A stretch of 58,638 bases of DNA, filler included, from Sphacelaria rigidula (Eukaryota): assembly GCA_964200075.2 (NCBI GenBank). It is 9 parts of 9 records of this genome, joined end to end, with 100 filler letters (N's around TTAATTAATTAA, not from the genome) between each part and the next. Parts side by side here need not be neighbours in the genome. Positions count along the whole stretch, not along the records: positions 1 to 6,427 come from CAXNAA020020136.1; positions 6,528 to 12,954 come from CAXNAA020020137.1; 7 more parts are not named here. One strand, 5' to 3'. Position 1 is the stretch's first letter; each line of letters starts with the position of its first letter. The notes under the pieces were generated by a model. The model did no database searches and was not told the DNA's origin. It saw nothing but the letters and a program-made list of their open reading frames with translations. Positions 1 through 12,531 of the stretch are shown piece after piece. Made by a program: the position numbers and the translations under genes.

Positions 1-1160
1 CGAAGAAAAAATAAGAAATACAAAAGAGAGGACGGAAAATATTGCGGCTCATCTACTACGGCCGCACTATTTGGGGTATGAACCCTCACATCCATGAACA
101 AACACAATGAATCGAGGCATCAAGCTGCTCTTGCATACTCCGGCAGGAAAGAACACACACATATTATATAGAAAGATGAGGGAAAGGGAGAGCAGAGAAA
201 GAGGAGACTACCGTATAATAGTGGTGAAGCCAATAATTCAGGGTTGCGGCAGATCCTGACACACACCGGGGGGCACCGCAGAACGATCGACCAAGGGGCA
301 TAATCAACAACCGATAGGGGCAGACAGGATTATTCGATTGGCGGCTCTCGCCGCAGTAGCCCCTCGTTTGTGACGGCGGTCCGATTCTCGTTCGTCTTCG
401 CGTCGCCACTCGTCCTCAAAATTTTCCGCTCCCTTCTCAACTCCAATATGCCATTTGCCCGTGTTCTTCGCCGCAGTGATCGAATCGTATGCGCCCTCAA
501 CCTCTACACCGTAGACGCACCATTTACGTCGTGCTCCCTTGTGCGGAATAACCCCTAGTGCACATAGGTTCTACTAGAGGTTTTCCTCCCATCATTTGGG
601 GGACCCGTTAGCCTCCCTGAGCCCTCGTGCGACTAATCGTCCGTTATTGATGCGTTCAGGGAGGCGTGTTTCCTTCTGCCGGACAAGGGCTCCCGCGAAC
701 CAGAGTTGACGTTTGCGGATAGTCGTCTCGATGCGTTCGCAGTTGGTCATCTCGAGCATCGTTCTGTACGAAAGAGTCTTGGAGTCATTCGATCTTTCCT
801 GCGGAGAGCAACCACTCGCAACAATAACTTGTGATGAGCAGTGCGTAGACTGTCGGAGTCCTCGGAACGTAACGTCCATGTGACACATCCGTACAGCAGA
901 ACTACCACTACCTCCACTTCAAGCAGCCGGACTTTCGAGGATAGCTGGTCGTTGGGTCGATCACGGTTGATAGTTGTACAAGATGTTTGTTTTGGGCCGA
1001 TTATATCTCAGGAAATGCTTGGGTCTTCTTTTTTGCCATGAGGGGGGGGAGAACTGCATACGTAGAGCTCTCCAGTTTTGGAGCAAGGGCAGCGAAACAA
1101 GGGAGTGCCTGCATGCTGTTCAGTGTTCGATGCAGCGTACTATTATAGTCCTTCGCTGTT
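1..1160 (-). mobile_element. Degenerate LINE (RTE-like) 3' portion: ORF2 C-terminus plus 3' region, in an intron of the epimerase gene
   Basis: Minus strand reads LKVRLLEVEVVVVLLYGCVTWTLRSEDSDSLRTAHHKLLLRVV and, after a frameshift, SYRTMLEMTNCERIETTIRKRQLWFAGALVRQKETRLPERI, typical of the post-RT region of RTE-type LINEs. Bases ~260-530 are the reverse complement of a related copy at ~57800-58080. Confidence 0.8.
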
Positions 1161-1257
1161 GTCCTCGCATTATTGGAATACTAAAAACGGACTCCCTCTC
1201 TTGACCCGGTTCTTTTCTGTTTGATGTTTTCTTGCTGATCGAACCGCATGGGTGCAG

Positions 1258-1405
1258 ATTACAATCTCTGCGGAGACAGACCAGGTGTTCAAGGGCGTGA
1301 GCGGCGACATCGCCATCGATGACGCGGGGAACAGCCGCAAGCTTACTGTAAGCAACCTGGGTGGCTGGGCGGACACTGTCGTATGGAACCCATATGGCAG
1401 CGAAG
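1258..1405 (+). CDS. Glucose-6-phosphate 1-epimerase / aldose 1-epimerase family (YeaD-like), penultimate exon
   Basis: cag|ATT...GAAG|gtgag. Translates ITISAETDQVFKGVSGDIAIDDAGNSRKLTVSNLGGWADTVVWNPYGSE, with the D-x-V-V-W-N-P motif of D-hexose-6-phosphate mutarotases. 148 nt, ends in phase 1. Confidence 0.85.
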
Positions 1406-2309
1406 GTGAGAAATGAGACACGGCAAAAGATTACCGTCGGGAATCGGACGTCGCGGCACAGGTCGACGACGCAATGTGTCTAGGCTTGAACGGGCGCACC
1501 TGTCAACGAACGAGTCGGCGGTATATCAAACCTGCTTTTCTTACCCTCTCTACCTATCGTGGGATATGATGTTTGTGGCCGCGCCCCAGTGATGAAACTG
1601 ACACACCAACTGTCAGTTGGGGTAGACTTCCTGAGATGGAATCTCAACATGTATGGTTATCATGGCATTCTTGTCGAGACTCTGGTTTCCGTCGTTGGAA
1701 GCGTTGAGGATGTGAGTTGCAAATGTGAACTCGATAGACGTTGAAGGCGGTCTGCGGGGATGCTCACCCATATGGCTCGATAAGAAATTGGTAAAAAAGC
1801 ACCGAGGGGGGCAAACATGGGCCGGTGCCTTATGGGCTACGGAGTCGTCCCGAGATAGGGTTTGGGGTGAAGGAGTTCGATGGAAGAGAAGCAGAAAGAG
1901 CGAAGAGTGTCTTCTATTATATCCTGCCTGTGATGAAACTATGGTGACTGCAAAAATGCTTCTGCAAGTATCGTGGCACATGGACCGTGCCCGCTGGCTG
2001 CGCCTCGCCAGTTGCGTACTCACATCACAAGCGGGGATCGAGGTGCAGTGATCGTTCTACATGGCGTTTGATCAAGGTGCCGAGCTTTGCCGTGGGCTAA
2101 CGTGTCGCCACCACACCTCGACCGACAACTCCTATTGCTCGATAAATCATTTATCGATTTTCCTTCAATTGCCTCGATGGCTACGCCGGCAGCTCTCTTC
2201 GATCCTGATAATCAAAGGCATCGCTCCAATCGCATCTTTCCCTCCTGTTGGCGCTCCCTGCTTTCGTCCCGTGTGTTTGTGTGTGTGTTTGCTTCTTGTG
2301 AAAAAATAG

Positions 2310-2416
2310 CAATGGGGGCGGACCACTTTGTGTGCGTCGAGAGTGCCAAAGTTGATGCGACCGTGCTGAACGCGGGGGAGACATGGACAGGAAAGATGAA
2401 GTTATTGCCTGCGTAG
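2310..2416 (+). CDS. Glucose-6-phosphate 1-epimerase family, terminal exon
   Basis: tag|CA ATG..., phase 1, matching the previous exon. Reads (A)MGADHFVCVESAKVDATVLNAGETWTGKMKLLPA*, containing the family's FVCVE catalytic Glu motif and L-x-x-G-E-x-W. Confidence 0.85.
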
Positions 2417-3025
2417 TTCAATGGACGAACGAGGATGATGAAGCGGACGAGCCCATCGCTCGGGGGGGGAAGGGGAGGGGGGATGAAGAAAGCGTGGGTA
2501 GAGGGGTACGTACGACGGTGGGAATTTCTTTTCGGGTTATTCTACGGTACGGTTTAGTGATGCCGCCACGATAATCATGAAGCAGATGGTGGTGCGGTGA
2601 TGAATGTGTGCACAAGTTTTGTTTCGTAGTTGGGGGATTCCATCTTTTTCGTCACAACGTTTGTTTAGGAATGTTTGAATAACGTATAGCTGATCCTCAA
2701 ACCTTGCGTGTCTCCATAATAGCTCGAGCAAGGGACTACAAAAATGACTTGGAGTACGAGGAGACGGGCCTCTTCCCTTATGCCACCATGTGCCAGAAAT
2801 TCCGATGTTTTTTTTTTTTTGTGATGGGCGTGTCGTACGCTCACGACCCCGGGGAACCCGTTTGAAGTCTCGATAACAGAGCCAAGATACATCCTGCGCG
2901 GCGGTGAGTATCTCCCGAGAACATCGTATCCTCGAATTTTTCATGCGCCCGAAGCAACTCCTGAACATGATTTCTCCATCTCAGAGCATCGTTCCCGTCA
3001 AGGAGTCTATTGTACCTCTAAGGCG

Positions 3026-3319
3026 TCAAGGTATTCCCCAGGCGGGTGCAGCCACCTCCCTTCCACAGGAGGATGGCCACAGCCACTCGTTCGTACTTCC
3101 TGATGGCGAGTCCTTGTCGAGTCGCGTTGATCGTTGACTGCTATTCGCGGCTGTTTGTGCCTCACCAAAACCATTGCTCCTGCGGCTTCTGATGTGTTTG
3201 GTGGCCGTTTTCGCCCTGCGTCTTTCGTTCGTGTCGTTCTCCGCCGGTGGCCATATCCATGCCTGGTGTTTATGCCATTTTTTATTGTGTTGTCGTTGTT
3301 GTTGTCGTCGTGAACTGTG

Positions 3320-3355
<36 letters not shown>

Positions 3356-3529
3356 TAGCCGGTGCCAGATAGCATGTAATGGTGTCTGCTTCGTGAACAA
3401 GTGGACCTGCTGCTGTTGCTGTAGCTCTTTGCTCAGTCTTTCGCACTTGGACTCCAGCCGGTCTCTGTCTCTCAAAACCCGGAAGAACTTTCTGCGAAGG
3501 TTCTTGATTGCGTCGCTGGTCCGACTCAG
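3026..3529 (-). CDS. Probable terminal exon of an unknown gene (coiled-coil plus polyQ), convergent with the epimerase
   Basis: Acceptor ggccag| followed by 168 open codons: LSRTSDAIKNLRRKFFRVLRDRDRLESKCERLSKELQQQQQ...polyQ...WGIP*. No recognisable family. Confidence 0.5.
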
Positions 3530-3668
3530 CTGGCCAACGTCGGATAAGAATTTGCGCCGAGCACGTTACATCATCATCGTAGAATGGCGTTATAATTCAG
3601 GCGACATTTGGTTCGTTTCCCTCATCGATACGAGCTGGACCAGCCTAGAAGCAAATTTGTAGTTTGCA

Positions 3669-3918
3669 GGCCCATCCTCAGCTCAATTTCTAGAGTTGGA
3701 CCCTGAAATTTGGCATATAAAATGAATAGGGTATATGAAAAAAAATGTATGCATGGACGCAGAGTTTTTTTCTTTTTCATGAGTTGACGGCGTTAACCTG
3801 AAAACTTATTGTTGTGAAAAAAAGTTTGGGTCCAGGTATACGTTCTTTAATTATGCCCTATTCATTGTACATGCCGAATTTTAGGGACCGACTCTAAGAT
3901 TCGAGGTGAGAATGGGCC
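3669..3918. mobile_element. MITE with ~65-bp imperfect TIRs starting GGCCC
   Basis: Left GGCCCATCCTCAGCTCAATTTCTAGAGTTGGACCCTGAAATTTGGCATAT vs reverse complement of right end GGCCCATTCTCACCTCGAATCTTAGAGTCGGTCCCTAAAATTCGGCATGT. No clear TSD. Confidence 0.65.
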
Positions 3919-5609
3919 GATTAAAAACCAGGCCGGTAGAAATTCGAAACAGTATTTTGCAGGCCACTTACCGGCCCAGGTTTGGTACTTGTGTATTGAA
4001 AGTCGTGTGGAACCTCGCTAGGGCATAAATATGCAGAAAAAGTGGGTCAGGTTGATTCGTATCTTATTTTTATTGGTTCAGGACGTGTTGGCATGGTAGA
4101 GACCATTTTTTCACGAGAACACCCGAACCTTTCTAATAAAAAAATGAAGGGCCATTCTTTTACTTCAGCATGCCTTTGCGATTCTCAATTCTAAGTTTCA
4201 AATCAGTCCTGAAAATTGAGCTAATAAACTGAGATGGGGTCCAAGAGCAGTGTTTCGTTTTCCCTCAAACCTCCTCGCTATACATATTTTAATGAAGAAA
4301 ATGAAAAAAAATGCTCAATTATTTCATCTTTCTATGCTTGAGCGATTCTCCATACCAATTTTTAAATCACACAACTCTCGAAAACTGAGATGCGATATCC
4401 AGATAAAGTGTATTCAGTGCCTATGCTCGTAATATATTTATTTTAGTATTGAATATTGTATGCACCATACCTCGAGATAAATAACGAAGTAGGTGAAGCT
4501 GAGGGTATCTGTCGTTTCCCCGTGCTCCAGGGAATGTTCACGTAAAGAACCGTCACCATCCGCTGTTTACATCGCTCGGGATTTCATGCAGACTCTAGTA
4601 TGGACGCTATCTCCGTACGGTAGAGGAACTACTGATATGGGGTTATGTCAAAGAGGAAAAAATGGCCCAGACGTTTGAGCGGATGGGCACTTTCCCCTTG
4701 ATTAGACGACTAACACGTTATGCGGATCACGGCCCAACTCATCTGTGTCCATGAGATTTTGCTTTGAGAGCTTGAACCCGTTTCTAGGCTGAACCAGCCT
4801 GTATTTTTGACGAGTACAGTCCAGAGGTTTGTCCACAGAAGTGTTTCACGCTCAAAAAGCTGAGGAACATTCAGATTTTCTTTTTTGCTTTGCTTGGGAA
4901 AGTCTCAGGAGAGCAACACAAGATCCTGACATCAACAAAGCGCAGACACGAAGACACGCATCTCACGACAACGACCTCTCGGACTGCTAAACTAGGCGAC
5001 TGGGCGTGACCACTTTTTTACCTAGCCGATTACAACGATATTCTCAGCTTGCCCTGACGGATCAATGCCGTCCAAAATATACCAACATGTGGTACAATTT
5101 GTTTCTCTTGGCTGGCGTAGCTTGTAGGCTTTTTATTGTTGTCGGTTTCGCAAATGACCACGTGCTAAAAATCTAGCTGGAAGCGTAAAGTGTAAAGACG
5201 AAGCGGAAATCGCATGAACAACCCAAAAGTCCCCAGATTTTATGTTCAGTTGGAGTTTTGGAAAATGTCCGTTAGTAAAACCAAGGAGAATCATCGAAAA
5301 TAGGTGGGACTCCTCTCCGTGAGATGACGCACAGTGTCAAAGATGTGTGGAGGCAATATTCCCTGTTTCGAGGCTAAAAATATTGGCAAATATCCTCAAA
5401 CTCGATTCCCAGTTCAAAATTTTGTATGTCCATCAGAAGGGGCGTGTAGTCCGGCATTTTCCCACATGTTTCGACAGTTATGCCAGTGTTCACCCCGAAT
5501 CTCACGTTTGTTGGTTCAAATTAGGACGGCTTCTCCCCCTCACCCGTGCCACTTTCCATTTTTCCCTACGGAGAACGTGCACCCCCTTGAATAATCGGTA
5601 CCGTTGCTT

Positions 5610-5780
5610 GCCAGAGTAATGCTACGGTAGGGGTGCACTTTTTGCGCGGAATCTTGTCTGGTTCAGGAGCTCCTAACGGTTCTAGATGCACAAGAATATG
5701 GGTCAGGACATCCCCGTTTACAAATTCATTTGGGATGTCCCCAGCTCATTGGAATAGTAATCCGGGCGTACTCTCACATA
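5610..5780 (+). repeat. Dispersed repeat shared with ~36120-36290
   Basis: TACGGTAGGGGTGCACTTTTT...AGATGCACAAGAATATGGGTCAGG occurs in both contig 1 and contig 6. Confidence 0.7.
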
Positions 5781-6427
5781 TTTTCATAAGTCGTGTTTTG
5801 GATTAGATGAAGGGCTCATAACAATTCTCACGTACACACACGTACACGGTATGATGATACGAGCTGGGCCGGCTGACAGTGATTTTAAAACGGAGAGTGG
5901 AGATGCCATTAGTAATTCGAAGCGTTAGGCGCTGAAATTCTGACACCACACTTTTATCATCAACCCGCGCAATCCCATTGGGGGTGCGGAGGAAAAAATC
6001 GAAACAGGAACTTAGATCGAGTCGAAGTTTGAGCAAAAACGGGGAAAATGCTCTAACTTCCTTAAAAAAATCATGAAAACAACGACAACGCTCCAACATA
6101 TACGAACACTCGCGTCAACGACATTCTGGTAAGGTTTCGGCCGAAAATACCTCAATTTGGGCACGGCATCGCACTTTTCGTGTGACACGGCCGCGCCCCT
6201 TTAATCCAAGTGGCACAGGAAGCTCCAACTAACAGCGGATCCTGAAAAATGAGGTCCATCTAAAAAATGAGGTTGAAGCGGCATTTCCTTTTTGCAGGGG
6301 TGACGCGAAACACTTACGACCGAGCGAAGCCATCTTCCCCCCCAAATATCCGCAGCACTTAGGCAGCTGTGGCTAGGTGCACCAAACGAATGCGGAGTAC
6401 ACGCGTGTCGATGACAATATCACAAGA

Positions 6428-6527
6428 NNNNNNNNNNNNNNNNNNNNNNNNNNNNNNNNNNNNNNNNNNNNTTAATTAATTAANNNNNNNNNNNNNNNNN
6501 NNNNNNNNNNNNNNNNNNNNNNNNNNN
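6428..6527. other. Artificial contig linker (N44-TTAATTAATTAA-N44); also at 12955, 19482, 26009, 32535, 39061, 45587, 52113
   Basis: Eight identical 100-bp spacers with a six-frame stop linker. The intervening contigs are 6427,6427,6427,6427,6426,6426,6426,6426,6426 bp. Confidence 0.97.
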
Positions 6528-6723
6528 CAAGCGCGAAGCGCCGTGGTGTGTTCGGCGAGTCGCATGAAGGGTGAGCTGCATCCTGCTGACATTGTTCGGC
6601 CCGAGGCCTACTGATTATATTGCATTTGGATGACAGCCTACGATGCGTTGCTTCATTTGGTATCGCCACTTCCCGAGACAGCCACGGCTTATACACTGCC
6701 TCGTGGGTGCCTCACCATTTAAA
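6528..6723 (+). repeat. ~310-bp dispersed SINE-like repeat, 5'-truncated copy
   Basis: GCGCGAAGCGCCGT...GGCGAGTCGCATGAAGGGTGAGCTGCATCC...CTCACCATT matches 42031-42344 and the reverse complement of 54017-54334. Confidence 0.8.
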
Positions 6724-7954
6724 CACTACATGGAACTTCGCTTTGTCTGCTCGAAATTCGAAATTCACTTAGCAAGCGAGTGCTTCTGTTCTCACTTGTC
6801 TCGTTGGCGGTACGGTCCTGCACGTTTTCTTTTGTCTGTTCAGTTGTCCTGCGCACATATATCACAGCCCCTCCCTTTTCCGCGCCGTTGACACCAATTT
6901 TCTCCGTAAATCTATCTCCTTCTCTCGTTCGTTGCTGCTGCAAAAAATACGTGTTTTTTATATGTTTTGTTGGTGGTATTGTGTCATGATGTGATCATGT
7001 CATGATGTGATCATGTCATGATGCGATCGATGTTCTATGGCGCCATGCACCACAATTGTCGTTGGCGGTACGATCCTGCACGTTTTTTCTTGTCTTAGTT
7101 GAATGATGGCTGTATTAACGGTGGAGCGGTTTCCGCGTTACAAGAGCGTATCAATTCGATTCAATTCAAACCCAGCCAATCGAGTCATAACCCATTCGAA
7201 CTTTCCAAGGGTCGGACAAATAATGATTCGTTTGGAAATTACTTGGTTTTAGTATGATGAGTCGACTCGNNNNNNNNNGCCCAGACACGTGGAATGGCGC
7301 AAAAGCTGCGTGGATACCCCTCGGACCAGCGATCAACTTATTTCTACCTTTTGGGCAATCAGGCCGAAGACATCGTGAATTCGGTGATTTTGAATCGTGA
7401 TGATTTGTCCTAACCGCGGAACTTTCCCACTCAAAGCTTCAAAAACAGGAGAAGCTGCTCCGTTTCATTTTGTTTTTGCTTTTTCAGTCGTTTCGTCCCT
7501 GACTTCCTCCCATGAGGAAAAGTTACACTGTAAGGCGTGTTATAGGTGATGTGTAACACCGGACAGTGTCCAAAGTCCAAATCCCACTGTCTCTTGGGGG
7601 AAAGAGAGTTGATGTTGACTCGAACTCACAGCAGCTACTGTACGGCGGGGAGCCCATGGTTAATGCATTATGATGCCGACATAAAGTGGTCCTTTTTCGA
7701 GAACAAGCCTACGATACGATTTTATCCATCCCAACAGTTTTGGTATCTGTTATAGCATCATGTAACAGATGGAGCACAAAAGCTCGTGTCTGGCCCGTTC
7801 AGCTGGTGCAAACGGGTACTTGTTTAGAAACTATCTATTTCATAAAGTGTAAATCGTCTCATCATGTCGCACATTGGTGGACGTATTTTTTTGGCGGCTG
7901 TGCTGCTTGGTTGGCCGCTCTTGCCTGCGGCCTGTGGTAAATGAACTAAAAAAG

Positions 7955-8122
7955 GGAGTTGAGTTCTGCGTGGAGTACGTTCACGAGAACAGGGGAAATC
8001 CGACCAGTGAGGGTGCTGCTGACATGACAGTGCATCATGATTCGTTTGGTCTCGTCACAGTCGGCAACGGCATCCGATACGTGTATGACGTGTGGAGTAT
8101 GTGTGTTTTATGTTCGCCCCCT

Positions 8123-8154
<32 letters not shown>

Positions 8155-10110
8155 GGTGGTGGTGGTGCAGGAGATAATGGACTTCTGCAAAGAAAATGAG
8201 GTCGGGCTCGAGCTTGTACCGACCGGGCGGAATCTGCAGCCCCCAGGCGTGAATATGGCCGACCTGTGAGTATTGCGTGTTGGTAAACCTTGGAGGGGAG
8301 GAGGGGTGGGGAGGGGAGGGGGTACTCATTCGCTACTTGACTTAGCCATTCGACCATTGACCACGCGTCCCTTTCGAGACGGAGCACCGTTCCTTCCTAT
8401 CATAGCGACACCTTGAGCATTTTGGTGCCCGTTACGTTTCTTCCATGCATTACGCAAGAACTTGTCACATACCTTATCCCCTTCCTCTTGCGCCGGCTGT
8501 GGCCACCATCTATCTCCTGGTACAGTGATCATTTTCTCTTCATAGTACTACTAATGTACCATTTTTTTTAATGTCGCATTCGTCTATTTTCCCCGTCTCC
8601 TCTAACACGTCCCGGTCCTCCCTTCGCATCTCAGTTATCCCACTCTGAGCTCTCCTCTCTGTTGCTTTGCCACAAGGATTGCCATTGTGAAGGGCGGGGG
8701 AGTGCCGGTATTATGCCACACATACCCCACGCAAGTATGACATCCTGTTCGTGTGTGTTGGCCAAATGACTGCACGGTCGTTGACCGTAACATACGCGTT
8801 TTTGTGTTAATAGTAGTTGTTTTTGAAACAAAAAGAAAGGGTAATAATTAAAATGTGGTGGTGGTCGTTGTGGGGGATTGTAAATATGTCTACTACATAC
8901 AACAGTAAACGCACACATGAACGCCGCTGTTTGATTTTTCGTGTAACAAAATTTTATCCTATACCCCTCCCTGTCTTTGGTACCCCAATGCAGTACTGCA
9001 AATACCAACATGATGCCAAAAATAGCGGACATTTGATCACCCCGGTATATTATAATCAAAAGGGGGTGGTACACTATCTCCTTCGGTACGCAGGGATATT
9101 GTTCCGATTTACCATGATTTTGCTGTTTTCTCTTTTATGCTCCTTAAATGATTGCTCCCTCGTCCCCCCTCCCCCTCCCCCTCCCCGCCTCCTCGTCGTT
9201 CCCTTGTGGGAAATGACCTAGCACACTATTCAAAGCCCTAGTGTATATGGTGTCCACGTTTACATACACAGGTCCGGATAATGTGCTTTCAAATAGTATC
9301 GCAGCTATGACGCTCCATGTATATGTATATGCACATGAAAGATACCCTGATTGATTTGATTAACTGATGGTCGCACTTTAACGGACCCCTCAGGGATCCA
9401 ACCGTGGTCACAGAATACACGTGCCCGAGACAAGACAAGACTGAAGCATTCGTTCGAGAAAAAATAATAAACAGAAAAGGTAGAACAGAAGAACAGAGTA
9501 GACTACGAATAAAAATAAAAATAAAAATAAAAAGAGAAAACCTGCTGCAAATTCAACGAACAAACGAATCGTACCCCTCCGAAAACCTCATGTGGCATAA
9601 AGAGCTCCACACCTCTCCTTCCTTCCTTCCTTCCTTCCTTCCTTTTTTTTTGTTCCTGTCTGCATTTTTGTTCTTGCTGAACCCTTTGAACGGAGTAGAA
9701 AAGAGTCTCGGATTTTTTTTTTTCTAGCCAAAAACCCAGGGATAAGTTGCGTCTTCTTACTTGAATTTCAATCGAGCGATAATTATCCCCGAGTTTTTTC
9801 TGGTCTATTTTTGTTTTCCGAAACTTTCTAGTGTGTCTACCTGTTGTTTCGGCACTATTTTCGACCATAAGTAGCTGTTCGTCAACAGACAATCACAGGG
9901 TTGAATCACCCTTCTCCCGCCCCCTGACGCCGCTCGTTGTGTTTGTTATTATCCAGGGGCCTCGAACAGGAGTTTGATCCAACCAAGACGGAGGATGGAC
10001 GCCCTCGGCCGCAGGCGAATAAAAAAGATACGTCCCTCTTTACGCCACAGGAGTTGGCCCGAATAAAGAGTCAGTTGGAGAATTCGCTGGGTCAGGGTGA
10101 AGAAGAGTAA
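7955..10110 (+). CDS. DUF3110-like protein, last three exons (7955-8029, 8171-8265, 9957-10110)
   Basis: Phase-compatible GT-AG exons give GVEFCVEYVHENRGNPTSEGAADMT-EIMDFCKENEVGLELVPTGRNLQPPGVNMADL-GLEQEFDPTKTEDGRPRPQANKKDTSLFTPQELARIKSQLENSLGQGEEE*. The E-I-x-x-F-C...V-P-x-G-x-x-L-x-P-P-x-x-N pattern and the C-terminal EL-x-x-I-x-x-x-LE-x-x-L helix resemble cyanobacterial/plastid DUF3110 proteins (recognised by eye). Confidence 0.6.
9350..9725 (-). mobile_element. LINE/SINE 3' end fragment with (AATC)n-type tail
   Basis: GTCGCACTTTAACGGACCCCTCAGGGATCCAACCGTGGTC next to GATTGATT; reverse complement of the terminus at 58450-58520, also seen at 40820-40885. Confidence 0.7.
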
Positions 10111-11041
10111 CCGTAGAAAGGCGCTGTGATGTATGCAGTACGATGAGCTTGAACATCATGATACTTTCAGGGGATTGTGCTGTAGGTAGAATCAATTTGA
10201 CGTATCCTTCGATTACACATACAGACACAGACGCAAAAGGACCCATCATATACTACCGACTTGTTTATTTTATTTTATTATATTTTATTTTTTCTAGGAA
10301 AGAAATTCGATTCCCCCGTTCCTATGTAGAGGTAAGTTGTAATAGTGCACTATCGTACCATACAGTACAGTGCAGTGCTTCTTCCAATCCAAGGATTGAT
10401 GCGACGAATTTAATTGAGTGACTGATTGATGAATTTGTGAGTCTGTGTGCTTTTTTTTTAATTTAGAAGTCAGTCAGTCTTTTCCATTGTGTTCATTCAT
10501 CGTTTATTGCTTGGTTGCGTCAATTCGTAGGGCTGGAAGGAACCCTAGATTCGTGTCTAGCTGAAACTAGAGAGCCGTACGATAGTCTAGATCGCGAATA
10601 ACGCGGACTTCCGTTTGCGGGTCCTGCTGAAGAGGGAATGGGGGCACGGTAAAATACTGGGCGTAAAGGGGGAAGCAGGTAGGGAGACATGAAACCTCGA
10701 AATGCCGCGCGGATCGAGGGAGGAGACTCGAGCACATCCGTACTAACCAGATGCTGAGACCATGTGGCGAATTCAACACAACCCCAATAATAGCTCTTCG
10801 GGGCCGCATGTTTTTTTTTTCGGAAAGTTCGTCCGCTCGACTGTGTTTCTTTCGGAGACCAGCACTGTGTTACCTTTGACGCACATGGGAGTTGTAGAGC
10901 TCCAATGACAGGATTTCAGGGGGTTATCACCTTCTTTTATTTGACCTTCTTTTATTTGACCTTCTTTGATGCATCCAAATAGTACGGTCATCACGCATTT
11001 TGCGCACGCGTCTCTGCAGAACTTGCCCGCTACACTAAATA

Positions 11042-12531
11042 CTCCCTCTGATCGTGAATATAAGCAAGGTAAGGACAACATGCGGTATAACCCGGGCCCA
11101 GGATAGTTTGTTCGCGAACCGTTTTTTTTTTTTTCGAGCGGTTTCTCCGTGTTCCCGCAGAACGCCAAGAACCAGTCTTTTTCAAAATTCCACACTCCGG
11201 ACAGATCATGATCTGTCTGAAACAACCAATAAAAAAAGACTGTTGAATCTGTGTGGTCCAAAAACACAAAGTATGTAACCGCGGAGTCAGAAAAGCCAAA
11301 GCGCAACCTTTGCGCTACTCGGCGTGCTCGGCGTCCGGCGCTGTAAGGAGCAAACATGAGAAAGGGGAGCCAACTGATCTGATCTGGATCATGATGCGGA
11401 TCAGTACACTGAGAAAAATCAATTTCAGGCGGATCATGATCTGTCCGACGTGTGCAAAATTCCCTCCAAAACGGGTTCTCCTACTCCACCAGAAGTAGCT
11501 CGAAATTACTACCCGCTCTTTGAGCCTCGGGACAAAGGCCTTCCCACTGTGTCTGTGTGATGAGGTATGCCTGCTGCTGGGAGTGCAGTCCGAGGGCCAT
11601 CGCGCAAGAATATCGCGCAAGAATATCAACAATTTAGAGAAAGACAAAGTGATTAGGTACCTCCTTGCTGCTGGGGGGGGGGGCGTACTCCTTGCTGCTG
11701 GGGTAGGAGAACTCTGTTTGGAGGGAATTTTGGAAAAGACCGGTTCTCGGCGTTCTGCGAGAACGCGGAGGAACCGCGAAAAAAAACGGTCCGCGCAAAA
11801 ACTATTCTGGGCCTGAGTTAGACCGCATTTTGTCTTCACCTTGACTTGACTAAGGGGCATTTTTCACTTGAACACGCCCGGAAAGACGTTTTTTCAACCT
11901 CGGGGACGCATCACTATCACCCGCAGTTCGTTTTTCCCGTACCAGGGCAGAACTAAGATGGATTTTCCACGTGTCACGAACCAGGGGATGATACCGAACC
12001 CCCCCCCCCCCTTGGATGTTTTCTTGTTTTTGTTTTTTCCATCAAGTCGTAAATCAAACTCATCCGACGTCCAATAATGCCTACATGACCTGCTTTGAAG
12101 TATATTGTCTTTCCCTTGTCCAAAAAATAAAATAAAATCCACCCATCCATCCTCAAACTATTATTACACTAAAACCTTCTACATACCCGTTGTCTTTCCC
12201 TTGTCCAAAAATATATAATCCAAAAAATAAATCCAACCAACCACCCAACCATCCCATCCCCAAACAATCATTAATTAATTATTTTTTATAATAATAATGA
12301 TAATAATAGACCTCTCGGGTAATCGACACACGATCTCGCTTCGCGAGGTGAGTGTTGGGTTGGGTTCCCTCCTTCCGTAAAAAAAAAAAAGCAAAGTCGG
12401 AATGTGCACGTGCACGCCCTGGGCGTCTGAAGGAATGACGTCCACCAGACAAGAATCACCAGTATGGCGTACACCCCCCTTGCTTATATCACGAATTTCC
12501 TCACCTTGCTTATATTCGCGATCAGAGGGGG
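11042..12531. mobile_element. Tc1/mariner-type (Stowaway-like) non-autonomous element with TA TSD and internal inverted repeat
   Basis: TA|CTCCCTCTGATCGTGAATATAAGCAAGG ... CCTTGCTTATATTCGCGATCAGAGGGGG|TA. In addition ~11060-11195 is inverted-repeated at ~11715-11850. Confidence 0.7.

Noticed and set aside
3026..3529. PolyQ exon as the last exon of the CK1 gene (same strand)
   Set aside because: Different, size-sorted contigs; no physical linkage.
6472..6483. Regularly spaced TTAATTAATTAA motifs as a biological repeat or CRISPR-like array
   Set aside because: They are assembly linkers centred in N runs.
8677..8707. Extra micro-exon IAIVKGGGVP in the DUF3110-like gene
   Set aside because: Its phase-0 end would put the next exon into a frame with an early stop; direct 8265-to-9957 splicing works without it.
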